Positions 10,372 to 19,988 of a stretch of DNA of 64,000 nucleotides are shown here, one piece after another (the stretch's first letter is position 1; every line of letters begins with the position of its first letter). Source of the stretch: Longimicrobiales bacterium. Lineage in GTDB: Bacteria > Gemmatimonadota > Gemmatimonadetes > Longimicrobiales > Gaopeijiaceae. The notes below the pieces were generated by a model that saw only the letters and a program-made list of their open reading frames with translations, was not told the origin of the DNA and did not search any database. The stretch is taken from NCBI GenBank assembly GCA_041690395.1, contig JAWLHJ010000006.1, positions 198,530-262,529 on the forward strand. The letters run 5' to 3'. Made by a program: the position numbers and the translations under genes.

Positions 10372-11580
10372 TCAGAAAGCCTCGACGATCACCGCGCCGC
10401 CCTGGCCGCCACCGATGCAGGCCGAACCGAGGCCGTAGCGGAGCCCACGACGCCGGAGCTCGTGCACGAGATGGATCGTGATCCGTGATCCCGACGCGGC
10501 GAGCGGGTGCGTGATCGCGATCGCCCCCCCGTTCACGTTGGTCTTCTCGGGATCCAGTCCGAGCTCCTTCTCCACCGACTTGTACTGCGGGGCGAAGGCC
10601 TCGTTGACCTCGACCAGGTCCATGTCCTCGAGCTCCATCCCGGCCTTCTCCAGCGCGAGTCGGGCGGCCGGAGCCGGACCGATGCCCATCACCTTCGGCT
10701 CTACGCCCACGAAGCCCCAGGACACGATGCGCCCGAGCGGCTTCAGCCCGTTCGCCTCGGCGTAGTCGGCTCCGGCCAGCACGGCGCTCGCCGCGCCGTC
10801 GCCGATGCCGCTCGCGTTCCCGGCCGTCACCAGTCCGTCCTTACGGAAGTACGGGCGCAGCTTGGCCAGCGTCTCCATGGTGGTGTCGGGGCGCATGTGC
10901 TCGTCGGCCGCGTACTGGGTCTCCCCCTTACGGGTCCTCACCGTCACGGGCGCGATCTCGGCTTCGAAATACCCGGCGTCCCAGGCGGCCTTGGCCCGCT
11001 GCTGCGACAGATACGCCACCTCGTCGGCTTCCTCGCGCGTGACCTTGTAGCGATCCGCCAGCTCCTCGGCGGTCTGTGCCATGGTCAGGTCACAGTTCGT
11101 GTCGAGGAGGGACTGCCAGAGCATGTCCTCGAACTGCTGGCCGGCCGGGCCGAGCCGGAGCGCCTGGCCCCAGCGAGCACCCCGCACCACGTGCGGTGCC
11201 TGGCTCATGGACTCGGTGCCGCCTGTCAGACAGACGTTCGCCTCGCCGAGGACGATTTCCTTCGCACCCTGGACGATCGCTTCGAAGCCGGAGCCGCACA
11301 GACGGTTCACGGTCAGCGCGGGCTTCTCCTCGGGCACGCCCGCCTTGAGCGCCACATGACGTGCCAGATAGATCGCGTCCGCGGAGGTCTGGAGGGCGTT
11401 GCCGAAGAAGGTGTGATCGATCTGGTCGGCCGTGATGCCGGCCGCCTCGATCGCGGCGGAGCTGCTTAAGGCGCCCAGGTCGGTGGCCGTGAAGTCCTTG
11501 AGGCTACCGCCGAACGTGCCGAAGCCCGTGCGCTTCCCCGCGAGGATGACGACGTCGCGTGAGTGTCCTTGGGTTGCCAT
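10372..11580 (-). CDS. Acetyl-CoA C-acyltransferase (thiolase)
   Basis: NRLCGSG (catalytic Cys), VTAGNASG, NEAF, HPLAASG, CIGGGQG. Confidence 0.95.
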   Translation of the reverse strand: MATQGHSRDVVILAGKRTGFGTFGGSLKDFTATDLGALSSSAAIEAAGITADQIDHTFFGNALQTSADAIYLARHVALKAGVPEEKPALTVNRLCGSGFEAIVQGAKEIVLGEANVCLTGGTESMSQAPHVVRGARWGQALRLGPAGQQFEDMLWQSLLDTNCDLTMAQTAEELADRYKVTREEADEVAYLSQQRAKAAWDAGYFEAEIAPVTVRTRKGETQYAADEHMRPDTTMETLAKLRPYFRKDGLVTAGNASGIGDGAASAVLAGADYAEANGLKPLGRIVSWGFVGVEPKVMGIGPAPAARLALEKAGMELEDMDLVEVNEAFAPQYKSVEKELGLDPEKTNVNGGAIAITHPLAASGSRITIHLVHELRRRGLRYGLGSACIGGGQGGAVIVEAF

Positions 11581-11696
11581 GAATCCTCTGATCGAAATGA
11601 TGGTCGTGTGATCGTTCGACTGGTCGGACCCGGGGCTACCCCCTGCGTCCGTCTCGGTTCACCGGAAGCGCCGCACGGGCGGGCCCGCCGATGCGC

Positions 11697-12746
11697 TCAG
11701 CCGCGGACGCGCTCCACGATCCAGTCACCCACCTGGCTCGTCGTGAGGGATCCACCCAGATCCGGCGTGGTCGCGCCCTCCCGAATCGACGCCACGACCG
11801 TGTCGTGGATCCGTTCGGCCCCGGCCGTGTCGCCGAAGTGTTGGAGCATCAGCCCCACGCAACGGACGGCGCCGAGGGGATTGGCCTTGCCCTGGCCCGC
11901 GATGTCCGGGGCGGATCCGTGCACCGGCTCGAAGAGGGCGTGCTTGCCAGGGTGGATGTTCGCGGATGGCGCGAGGCCCAGGCCGCCCGTGATCTCGGCC
12001 GCGAGGTCGCTCACGATGTCGCCGAACAGGTTCGGCGCCACGATGACCCGGTACCGCTCCGGCCGCCGGACGAGGTCCATCGCCATGGCATCCACGTACA
12101 TGGCATCGGTCTCGATGCCCGGGAAGTCCTCGGCGACCTCCTTGAACACGCGGCGCCAGAGCCCGCCCACGTGGCGCATCGCGTTCGCCTTGTCGACCAG
12201 CGTCACACGCTCACGACCGTGCTCCCGCGCGTACTCGAAGCCTGCGCGGATGAGCCGCTCCACGCCCTTGCGGGTCGCGATGTTCTCCTCGATGGCGAGC
12301 TCGTCGGGGGTACCGGACTTGAAGCTCCCGCCCATGCCCGTGTACTCGCCCTCCGTGTTCTCACGGAAGATCTCCAGGTTGAGCCCCGGATCGACCGACT
12401 CGAGGGGACACAGCTCCGGCGCGAGGAGGGTACACGGCCGGAAGTTCACGTAGAGATCCAGCCGGAAGCGCATGCCGAGCAGGATGTCCTTGGCGTGCTC
12501 GTTGCCCGGCACCCGTGGGTCGCCGAGGGCGCCCAGGAGAACCGCGTCGTGGTCGTCCGCGAGCGACCGGAACTCGTCGTCGGTGATCGTCACACCGTCC
12601 CGCAGATAGCGGTCGGCGCCGAGGTCCCAGTCCACGAGCTCGTAGCTCTGACCGGACACGGAGGCGGAGGCCTCGAGCACGCGCCGAGCCTCCGCGAGCA
12701 CTTCCGTTCCGATTCCGTCACCGGGAATGAGGGCGATCCTGGGCAT
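11697..12746 (-). CDS. Isocitrate/isopropylmalate dehydrogenase family (LeuB-like)
   Basis: PGDGIG, RFRLDLYVNFRP, RENTEGEY, DKAN, NLFGDIVSD, EPVHGSAPDIAG. Confidence 0.9.
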   Translation of the reverse strand: MPRIALIPGDGIGTEVLAEARRVLEASASVSGQSYELVDWDLGADRYLRDGVTITDDEFRSLADDHDAVLLGALGDPRVPGNEHAKDILLGMRFRLDLYVNFRPCTLLAPELCPLESVDPGLNLEIFRENTEGEYTGMGGSFKSGTPDELAIEENIATRKGVERLIRAGFEYAREHGRERVTLVDKANAMRHVGGLWRRVFKEVAEDFPGIETDAMYVDAMAMDLVRRPERYRVIVAPNLFGDIVSDLAAEITGGLGLAPSANIHPGKHALFEPVHGSAPDIAGQGKANPLGAVRCVGLMLQHFGDTAGAERIHDTVVASIREGATTPDLGGSLTTSQVGDWIVERVRG

Positions 12747-12859
12747 AATCCATCCGGGTCGGAGGGAGGCCGACGGCGGCGGGCCGCCGGGCCGGCAAAG
12801 CCCCGGAGATTAAACGAAGACGTCGCCGATTTCCACCGCGGGAGGGTGGTGCCCGCGCC

Positions 12860-13333
12860 TCACCTCTCCGGGAGCGGCTCCACGACGATCACGCCCCTTC
12901 GGACGGGGCCGCCGCCCTCCACGTGGAAGGGATACCGCCCCGGCGGAGCGTCGACGAAGGAGAGCACGAAACGGCTTCCGCGTGACACCATGGGCGGGGA
13001 CGCGAGTTGGTCCAGCCCCTCCATGAAGGAGAGCGCCGGGCCGGCGAGGCTGTCGACTTCGAAGAGCAGCTCGTGGACCCAGGAGTCGGCGGTCACGAAC
13101 TGCAGGTAGTCGCCCTGGAGCACCACCACTTCGGCCGGGTCGACCGCGCCCTCGATGCCCCCGAGGAGGCGCACCTCGTGCACCCGGTCGCTGGGCTCGA
13201 GGCCGAGCTCGCGCTGGAGTCGCTGGTCCGGCGGCAGATCCGACTCGCCGGAACCACAGCCCGTCAGGATGAAGCCGAGGAGGGCGGCCGCGGCCACCCT
13301 CGACCGCTTCAGGACGGGCGCTCGGTTCCGCAC
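12860..13333 (-). CDS. Lipoprotein with cupredoxin-like fold (start uncertain)
   Basis: Lipobox ILTGC; DPAEVVVLQGD.LQF....VH and PGRYPF...GVIVVE follow the plastocyanin-type pattern. Confidence 0.65.
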   Translation of the reverse strand: MRNRAPVLKRSRVAAAALLGFILTGCGSGESDLPPDQRLQRELGLEPSDRVHEVRLLGGIEGAVDPAEVVVLQGDYLQFVTADSWVHELLFEVDSLAGPALSFMEGLDQLASPPMVSRGSRFVLSFVDAPPGRYPFHVEGGGPVRRGVIVVEPLPER

Positions 13334-13983
13334 GAGATGCAGAAACGCCACTCCGGCTCGAGCTCCTCGCCACAGCCGGCGCACGGAACGGCATGGACGT
13401 CGGTTCCGCAATAGGGACAGAAGTTGAGGTCGTCCCGGGCGGGCAGCGGGGCGCGGCACCACCGGCAGGTCTCGCCGGCACTGCCCGGGGCGGACGCGAC
13501 CCCTTCGCCGGCAGATCCGTCCGGAACGGACCCGCCCACCGTGTCGACGTTGCCGCCAGTCGCTCCGCGGGCCCCGATCGCGGCCTCCGGCCGCCGGGAC
13601 GCGTCCGCCTCCGATGACTCTCCCTCCGCCCGCCCCGCCCCGTTCGCGAAGTCGGGGTTGAGCCGCACGTCGACCGCCGCGTACTCGCGGTACACTCCGG
13701 TGTTGGGGTTCTTCGACTGCAGCTCGGACCGGAGCTCGCGCAACGCGTGCTCGGACTCGAGCACGAGGTATCCCCCCTCCCCGGCGAGGAGCCGGATGAG
13801 GGCGTCCTCGTAGTCCCCGTTCATCTCGACGCCGATCCGGTCACGATGCGTCGGATAGGGGACCAGATCCTGATAGATCTCGGCGACGGTGAACGGCCCC
13901 GTCAGATAGTCCGGACGCTTGGACCTGATCTCCTCGACCAGGACCTTGTGAAAGGACTGCAGCACGTCGTCCGCAACCGTCAT
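13309..13983 (-). CDS. Protein with C-terminal double zinc ribbon
   Basis: CRWC, CPYC, CAGC, CISC; ATGA overlap with the upstream TPR gene. Confidence 0.85.
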   Translation of the reverse strand: MTVADDVLQSFHKVLVEEIRSKRPDYLTGPFTVAEIYQDLVPYPTHRDRIGVEMNGDYEDALIRLLAGEGGYLVLESEHALRELRSELQSKNPNTGVYREYAAVDVRLNPDFANGAGRAEGESSEADASRRPEAAIGARGATGGNVDTVGGSVPDGSAGEGVASAPGSAGETCRWCRAPLPARDDLNFCPYCGTDVHAVPCAGCGEELEPEWRFCISCGTERPS

Positions 13984-15086
13984 CCGTCGTCTCTCTCCGT
14001 TTCCAGTCTGATGAGACCCGCGGCGATGGCGCTGCAGACGAAGGTCTCGGGATCCGTGAAGGGGATCTCGAGGCCGCTCTGCTCGTGCCAGCGCTCCGCG
14101 AGCCTGCGCATGTACCGCCCGAGGCTCTCGTGTGAGAAGCCCGCGAGGTCCCTCATTTGACGCACGATCTCCACCCATGTTCCCTGCAGCCTACGTCCGT
14201 CCCCGAGCCGCACCACGAATGCCTCGTGAGGACCGGCGCCTCGCTCGAATAGCTCGAGCTGCCCGGGATCGTAGGGCTGTGGCGCATTGCCCTCCACCCT
14301 CGACTCGATCTCGGCCAGCAGGCGGTCGACCGGGTCCTCGAAGTCCTCGAGCTCCCGGAGCCGTTGCTCCCACGGGACCAGGTGGACGTCACCGGCGTCG
14401 AGGTGCCAGAGGCTCCTCTTCAGCTCGATGAGCCGCCAGACGGCGAGGGGGTCCCAGTGCTCGGGAGGAGGCACCCGCTCCAACTCCCTGAGCGCGGCTT
14501 CCCAGTCACCGCGGTCGTAAAGAAGGTGACCCAGGTAGATGCGCGCTTCGTGGAGGTCTGGGTCGAGCCGGAGCGCCCGGCGAATCTGCCGACCTGCGCC
14601 CACGTCGTCGCCCAGACGATGGAGCGCATACCCGAGCGAGGCGGCCGCCTCGGCGTTGTCGGGTCGCGCCGACGCCGCCTGGGCGAAGACGTCGCGACAT
14701 TCCGCGTACATCGCCGCGCGGTAGAGCGCCCGGCCGATGGTGAGCATCAGCTCGATATCGTCGTCGTAGCCCGCTTCCGCCACACGCCTGAAGAGCTCCA
14801 TGGCGCCGGCATGATCGCCGAAGCGGAGAAGCGCTTCTCCCAGCCCGACCAGGGCGTCCTCGTGGTTGGGATCCAGCACCACGGCCCGGTCGAACGCGTG
14901 GCGCGCCCAGGCATACTCTTCACGGGCGAGCCGTGCGTATCCGAGTCCCACGTAGAGCTCCACCGCGTTGGGGTAGAGCGTCAGGCCCTCCTTGAGCATC
15001 TCGAGGGCCCCGTCGTAATCACCGTCGTTGTAGAGCTTGTGTGCCTGTTCGTCGTATTCCTCCGAGCTGAGGAACCGGTCGGGCAT
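13980..15086 (-). CDS. Tetratricopeptide repeat protein
   Basis: About six TPR units (e.g. LYVGLGYA...A..LDPNHEDALVGLGEAL); AAGGAG RBS. Confidence 0.9.
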   Translation of the reverse strand: MPDRFLSSEEYDEQAHKLYNDGDYDGALEMLKEGLTLYPNAVELYVGLGYARLAREEYAWARHAFDRAVVLDPNHEDALVGLGEALLRFGDHAGAMELFRRVAEAGYDDDIELMLTIGRALYRAAMYAECRDVFAQAASARPDNAEAAASLGYALHRLGDDVGAGRQIRRALRLDPDLHEARIYLGHLLYDRGDWEAALRELERVPPPEHWDPLAVWRLIELKRSLWHLDAGDVHLVPWEQRLRELEDFEDPVDRLLAEIESRVEGNAPQPYDPGQLELFERGAGPHEAFVVRLGDGRRLQGTWVEIVRQMRDLAGFSHESLGRYMRRLAERWHEQSGLEIPFTDPETFVCSAIAAGLIRLETERDDG

Positions 15087-15200
15087 GTAGCTGAGCTCCT
15101 TGTCGACGACGGAAGCCGACGCGATGGGCATGCACCGGACGGAGGTGCAGGTGAGCCGGAAATTAATGTGCGCCGACGTACGGAACCACCCTGCCGCGGG

Positions 15201-15539
15201 TCAGACCTTCCCGTAGGTCACGCCACACGCGGAGCAGACGAGCTCCTTGCCGGCCCTGGTCAGCAAATGGCCGGGTCCGTGCCTCGGGCAGTCGGGGTCC
15301 CGACCGGCCTCCAGCTGGTCCTTGACCTTCTTCTTCTCGGTCCGGGTGGCCTTCGGAATCGGCAATTCGTACCGCAGCGACGAAGCACTGCACTCTAGGA
15401 GAGCCATGGCACTGCCGTCGTCGAGCGGACGGACGCGGAGCAGGATGAGGAAGCCTCCGGCCGGCGACTCCATGCGCTGCCCCGCGTAATACTGCTTCAG
15501 CAGCGCCTTCTCGTTGTCGAGTTGCAGGATCTGGCCCAA
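15201..15539 (-). CDS. Hypothetical protein with C-terminal Zn finger
   Basis: CPRH...CSAC; TTG start preceded by a G-rich RBS. Confidence 0.7.
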   Translation of the reverse strand: MGQILQLDNEKALLKQYYAGQRMESPAGGFLILLRVRPLDDGSAMALLECSASSLRYELPIPKATRTEKKKVKDQLEAGRDPDCPRHGPGHLLTRAGKELVCSACGVTYGKV

Positions 15540-15623
15540 GACACCCCCCCGTATTCGACGAAAATTGGCCGGGAGTATACCTGCACCGCCCGCCCGGCGC
15601 CACCCGGGCCTCGCAGGGGAACG

Positions 15624-15668
15624 AAAAACGGAGCGGGGAGTCGCCCAAGGGTGACTCCCCGCTCCGTT
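15624..15668 (-). terminator. Rho-independent terminator
   Basis: AACGGAGCGGGGAGTCGCCC-AA-GGGTGACTCCCCGCTCCGTT with an A5 run on the left, i.e. a U-tract for the minus-strand gene 15699-15959. Confidence 0.85.
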
Positions 15669-15698
15669 CAGACTTCGGGAGACGGCGTGACCGTTGGG

Positions 15699-15959
15699 TC
15701 AGGCGACGCCCGCGTCCTCCAGCTTCTTGGCCGAGCTGCCCGCGCCGTGCGCGATGGCCGGCCGGCAGAACCGGATCCCGATCTCGTGCAGGCCCCGGAG
15801 CTCCAGATCACTCAGATCCGGATACCGCTCACCGAGGTACTCGATGGTCTCGTCCATCCAATGGCGCTGATCGTCCTCGGCCGCCTGCAATACGCCACAC
15901 CGGTTGATGTGGCTGAACAGCTCGTCACGCGCGCGATCCAGAAGTTTCTCTTTCGACAA
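15699..15959 (-). CDS. Hypothetical small helical protein
   Basis: 86 aa, GGAGGGAG RBS, followed by its own terminator. Confidence 0.75.
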   Translation of the reverse strand: MSKEKLLDRARDELFSHINRCGVLQAAEDDQRHWMDETIEYLGERYPDLSDLELRGLHEIGIRFCRPAIAHGAGSSAKKLEDAGVA

Positions 15960-16062
15960 AATCTCCCTCCGTCTTGTTCCTAGCCAGGGCCCACCCCTGG
16001 TTTTGGCATGGGCCTCAGCCGTATAACGTAATCATGATTCAACCTTTGACCAAACCGTGACC

Positions 16063-17655
16063 ATGGACCGTGACCCTACGCTCGACCCGGTGACGCTTGA
16101 AGTGTACCGGCACCTCTTCACCGCCCTCGCCGAGGAGATGGGTGCCGCGCTGCGACGTACGTCCTTCTCCCCGAACATCAAGGAACGGCGTGACTACTCG
16201 TGCGCGCTCTTCGACCCCGAGGCACGGGCGGTGGCGTTGGGCGACCACATGCCGGTCCACCTGGGCGCGATGCCGATGAGCGTCCATGCGGCGCTCGAAC
16301 GGCTGGGGCCCTTGGCGCCCGGAGACGTCGCGTGCCTGAACGACCCGTTCCACGGCGGGACGCACCTCCCCGACATCACCCTGGTCGCGCCGGTGCACGA
16401 GGGCGATCGGCTCCTGGGCTACGTCGCGTCCCGGGCGCACCACAGCGACGTGGGTGGGTCGACCCCCGGGTCGATGCCCCTGGCGCGCGAGATCTTCGAG
16501 GAGGGGCTCCGCATTCCGCCGGTCAAGCTCTTCGAGGCGGGGGTGCGCAACGAGGCGCTCTGGCAGACCATCCTCGCCAACGTCCGGACCCCGGACGAGC
16601 GCTCGGGTGATCTCGACGCGCAGCTCGCGGCGCTCAACACGGGGGCGCGCCGCCTGCGGGAGATCGCGGGACGCAGGGGCGAGGACCTCACGCTCCGGGC
16701 AATGGACGGCCTCATTCGATACGCTGACCGCCTGGTCGACGCCGGCACGCGCCGCATCCCGGAGGGTCGCTACGAGGCCGAGGACCACCTCGAGGACGAC
16801 GGATTCGGGTCCGGACCGGTGCCCATTCGGGTGGCCCTGACGGTACGCGAAGGCTCGATCGACGTCGACTTCAGCGGAAGCTCGCCGCAGGTGCCGGGCG
16901 GGGTGAACGCCGTCTCGGCCATCACGGCTTCCGCGGTGCGGTATACGGTCCGCTGCGTGATCGAGGCGCTGCTCGGAGAGTCGATGCCCGCGGGAGGTGG
17001 GTCCATGGCCGCCGTCGCGCTGACCCTGCCGGAGGGATCCGTGGTGAACGCGAAGCTCCCCGCCTCGGTCGCCGCCGGGAACGTGGAGACCAGCCAACGC
17101 ATCACCGATGTCCTGATCCGCGCCTTCGCCGAAGCCCTGCCGGATCTCATGCCCGCGCTCTCGCAGGGAACCATGAACAACACGACCATCGGCGGCGTCG
17201 ACCCCCGCACCGGGCAGCCGTTCGCCTACTACGAGACCGTCGGCGGCGGGATGGGTGCCGGACCGTCGGGCGACGGCCTGAGCGGCGTGCACACGCACAT
17301 GTCCAACTCGCTCAACACGCCCGTCGAAGCGCTCGAGCACGCCTATCCGTTCCGCGTGACGCGGTACGGCCTCCGGCGGGGCACCGGCGGCCGGGGAGTC
17401 CACCGCGGCGGGGACGGACTCCGGCGGGATATCATGCTCTTCGCGCCGGCACGGGTCGCGCTCCTCTGCGAGCGCCGGGTCGAAGGCCCGGCCGGCGCCC
17501 GCGGGGGAGCTCCGGGCTCACCCGGAGAGAACGTGCTGATCCGCGACGGGGAGGAGAAGTCGTTGCCCGGAAAGGCTACATTCTTCGTCGAAGCGGGCGA
17601 CATCGTCAGCATCCGCTCCCCGGGAGGCGGAGGGTGGGGGCGGCCGCCCGAGTGA
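16063..17655 (+). CDS. Hydantoinase B / 5-oxoprolinase beta subunit family
   Basis: SPNIKERRDYSCALF, PVHLG, NDPFHGGTHLPD, RAHHSDVGG, NTPVEALE, PGGGGWG. Confidence 0.93.
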   Translation: MDRDPTLDPVTLEVYRHLFTALAEEMGAALRRTSFSPNIKERRDYSCALFDPEARAVALGDHMPVHLGAMPMSVHAALERLGPLAPGDVACLNDPFHGGTHLPDITLVAPVHEGDRLLGYVASRAHHSDVGGSTPGSMPLAREIFEEGLRIPPVKLFEAGVRNEALWQTILANVRTPDERSGDLDAQLAALNTGARRLREIAGRRGEDLTLRAMDGLIRYADRLVDAGTRRIPEGRYEAEDHLEDDGFGSGPVPIRVALTVREGSIDVDFSGSSPQVPGGVNAVSAITASAVRYTVRCVIEALLGESMPAGGGSMAAVALTLPEGSVVNAKLPASVAAGNVETSQRITDVLIRAFAEALPDLMPALSQGTMNNTTIGGVDPRTGQPFAYYETVGGGMGAGPSGDGLSGVHTHMSNSLNTPVEALEHAYPFRVTRYGLRRGTGGRGVHRGGDGLRRDIMLFAPARVALLCERRVEGPAGARGGAPGSPGENVLIRDGEEKSLPGKATFFVEAGDIVSIRSPGGGGWGRPPE

Positions 17656-17686
17656 CCGAGGCCCCAGCAGCGACAAGCCGAGCGAC

Positions 17687-18103
17687 ATGCATCTCCGATT
17701 CTCAGCGATCTGCGACGAAGCCCACGCCACGCCCGAGGGAAAGCTCGAGCTCCACGGCGTCTATCACGATCTCTCGGCGCCGGGCTTCCCGGCGAAGCAG
17801 GACCGGCTCGTGCTGGTGCTCGTGCTCGAATGGGACCGGGAGGACCATGGACGATTCCGCTTCCGCGCCGATCTCGAGGACGAAGACGGCAACACGTCGC
17901 TCACCGTGGAAGGTGAGACGGAGGTCCGGACGCCCCGCGAGGGGAACCCGCCCTCACGTAGTCAGCTCGTCATGCCCATGGAGGACGTGATCTTCCCGCA
18001 TGCCGGCCAGTACGTCTTCCGTGTGCGCGTGAAGGGGCAGACCCTGGACGGGCCGGGCCTCTACCTCATGGAGGTCCCCGAGGAGTCCGCGACCCCGTCG
18101 TGA
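17687..18103 (+). CDS. DUF6941-like protein
   Basis: ICDEA...GKL...GVY and FP.AG.Y.FRV pattern of this beta-sandwich family. Confidence 0.65.
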   Translation: MHLRFSAICDEAHATPEGKLELHGVYHDLSAPGFPAKQDRLVLVLVLEWDREDHGRFRFRADLEDEDGNTSLTVEGETEVRTPREGNPPSRSQLVMPMEDVIFPHAGQYVFRVRVKGQTLDGPGLYLMEVPEESATPS

Positions 18104-18921
18104 GTCTTCCCGAGGGATACTCCCGCATGAGCTCGGAGGCCGTGCATGTCTTCGCCTGGGACGACGCGCGCGAGTGGGCCGAGGAGGCGCTGGAGCGGTA
18201 CGGCACCCTGGCCGCGTGGGCCGCATCGGCTCCGGAAGCCCGGAGGCTCACGGGTCGCGGCACGGTTCTCGTCGTGGACGCCCCCGTCCCCGGCCCCGAC
18301 GCGCGGGCGCGCTGGGTCGTCCGGCACTACCTGCGCGGCGGCGCGGTCGCCGCGCTGCTCCGGGACCGCTACTTCGACGTCGGGACGTCACGACCCGAGC
18401 GGGAGCTCGAGGCTTCGAGCACGGCGCGGGCGCGTGGCCTCCCCACCCCGGCGGTGGTGGCAGGCGCGACCTATCCCGCCGGCACCATGCGCTACCGTGC
18501 CGATCTCGTCACCGAGCTCGTGCCCGACTCCGTGGACCTGGCACGGGTGCTCTTCGAAGCGCCGTCCGCCGGACGCGATCCGTCGGACGATGCTCCCGCG
18601 CCGCCGAGCCGGCGCGACGCGCTCCGGGCAGCCGGGGCGCTCGTGGTCCGCACGGCCAGGGCCGGCGTGAGACACCCCGACCTGAACGCTCGGAACGTGG
18701 TGCTTCGTCAGGGCGACGACGGGGTCGAGGCCCACCTCGTGGATCTCGATCGCGGCCGGATCCGGAGCACGCCGCGGCCCTCCGACGCCCGCGTCATGCG
18801 GGAGCGCTTGGCGCGCTCGCTCCGCAAGCTGGGTCGCGGCTACGGCAGACCGCTGGGCGACGAGGACTGGCAGGCGCTGACGGACGGCGTCTCCGCCGCA
18901 CGCTCCGAGGTGTCCCGATGA
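18100..18921 (+). CDS. Lipopolysaccharide kinase (Kdo kinase / InaA family)
   Basis: VVRHYLRGG, YRADLVTE, HPDLNARN, VDLDR, RLARSLRK. Confidence 0.88.
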   Translation: MSLPEGYSRMSSEAVHVFAWDDAREWAEEALERYGTLAAWAASAPEARRLTGRGTVLVVDAPVPGPDARARWVVRHYLRGGAVAALLRDRYFDVGTSRPERELEASSTARARGLPTPAVVAGATYPAGTMRYRADLVTELVPDSVDLARVLFEAPSAGRDPSDDAPAPPSRRDALRAAGALVVRTARAGVRHPDLNARNVVLRQGDDGVEAHLVDLDRGRIRSTPRPSDARVMRERLARSLRKLGRGYGRPLGDEDWQALTDGVSAARSEVSR

Positions 18922-19988
18922 GCGGCGAGGCGATGGGCGGCGAGGCATGGACGGGACCGCCGCCCCGGGAGATCTGCATCGTCATGCTGTCGGCCATCGG
19001 CGACGCCGTCCACGTGCTGCCGGTCGCCAACGCGCTCAAGCGCGCCTGGCCCGACACCCGCATCACCTGGATCATCCAACCGGTTCCGCACCGACTCGTC
19101 GAGGGCCACCCGGCCATCGACGACTTCGTGGTGTTCCGGCGGCGTTCCGGGTGGAGCGCGTGGACATCGTACCGCGATCTCCGGCGGGAGCTGGCCGAGC
19201 GCTCGTTCGATCTGCTGATCGGGCTTCAGGTGTACTTCAAGGCCGGGCTGATCACCGGGTTGGTCCCCGCGCGGGTCAAGCTCGGCTTCGATCGCCGGCG
19301 GGCCCGGGACGCGCAGTGGCTCTTCACGAACCGCAGGATCCCGGCGCGCGAGCCGCGGCACGTGCAGGATCAGTATTTCGAGTTCCTCCACGCCCTGGGC
19401 ATCGACGAGCATCCGGTGGAGTGGGGTATCGACTTCACCGACCGTGAGCGTGAGGCGCAGCGCGCCTTCTTCGACGGCCTCGACCGCCCCGCGTGCGCCG
19501 TGGTCGTCGGGACGAGCAAGCTCGAGAAGAACTGGACGCCCTCCGGATACGCACGCGTGCTCGAGGCGGTCGAGCGCGAGCATGGGCTCCGGCCCGTGCT
19601 GGTGGGCGGGCCCTCCGTGGTCGAGCGCCGCATCGCGGACGAGGTGATCGCCCTCACGGACGCCACGGTGGTCGACGCGCTGGGGGACGACCTTCGGCGC
19701 CTGACCTGGATCCTCGACGGAAGCGAGCTCCTGGTCTCGCCCGACACCGGCCCGCTCCACATCGCGCGCGCCCTCGGCACGCCGGTGGTCGGACTGTTCG
19801 GCTACACGAACCCGAAGCGGACCGGCCCGTACCGTGCGTTCGAGGACCTCGTCGTGGACGGCTATGCCGAGTATCCGGGCGAGGATTACCCGCTCACGCA
19901 CCACTACCGCGACGGGATGAAGCGCGTGACGGTGGAGGCCGTGCTGGAGAAGGTGGCGCTCGCGATGGAGCGCTACGTCACCCGCTGA
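18918..19988 (+). CDS. Glycosyltransferase family 9 (LPS heptosyltransferase-like)
   Basis: LSAIGDAVH, KNW, SPDTGPLHIARALGTPVVGLFG; ATGA overlap. Confidence 0.92.
   Translation: MSGEAMGGEAWTGPPPREICIVMLSAIGDAVHVLPVANALKRAWPDTRITWIIQPVPHRLVEGHPAIDDFVVFRRRSGWSAWTSYRDLRRELAERSFDLLIGLQVYFKAGLITGLVPARVKLGFDRRRARDAQWLFTNRRIPAREPRHVQDQYFEFLHALGIDEHPVEWGIDFTDREREAQRAFFDGLDRPACAVVVGTSKLEKNWTPSGYARVLEAVEREHGLRPVLVGGPSVVERRIADEVIALTDATVVDALGDDLRRLTWILDGSELLVSPDTGPLHIARALGTPVVGLFGYTNPKRTGPYRAFEDLVVDGYAEYPGEDYPLTHHYRDGMKRVTVEAVLEKVALAMERYVTR

Noticed and set aside
16016..16045. dif-like AT-rich stretch containing the AATCATGATT palindrome
   Set aside because: The XerD arm does not match TTATGTTAAAT. More simply, this is a divergent promoter region.
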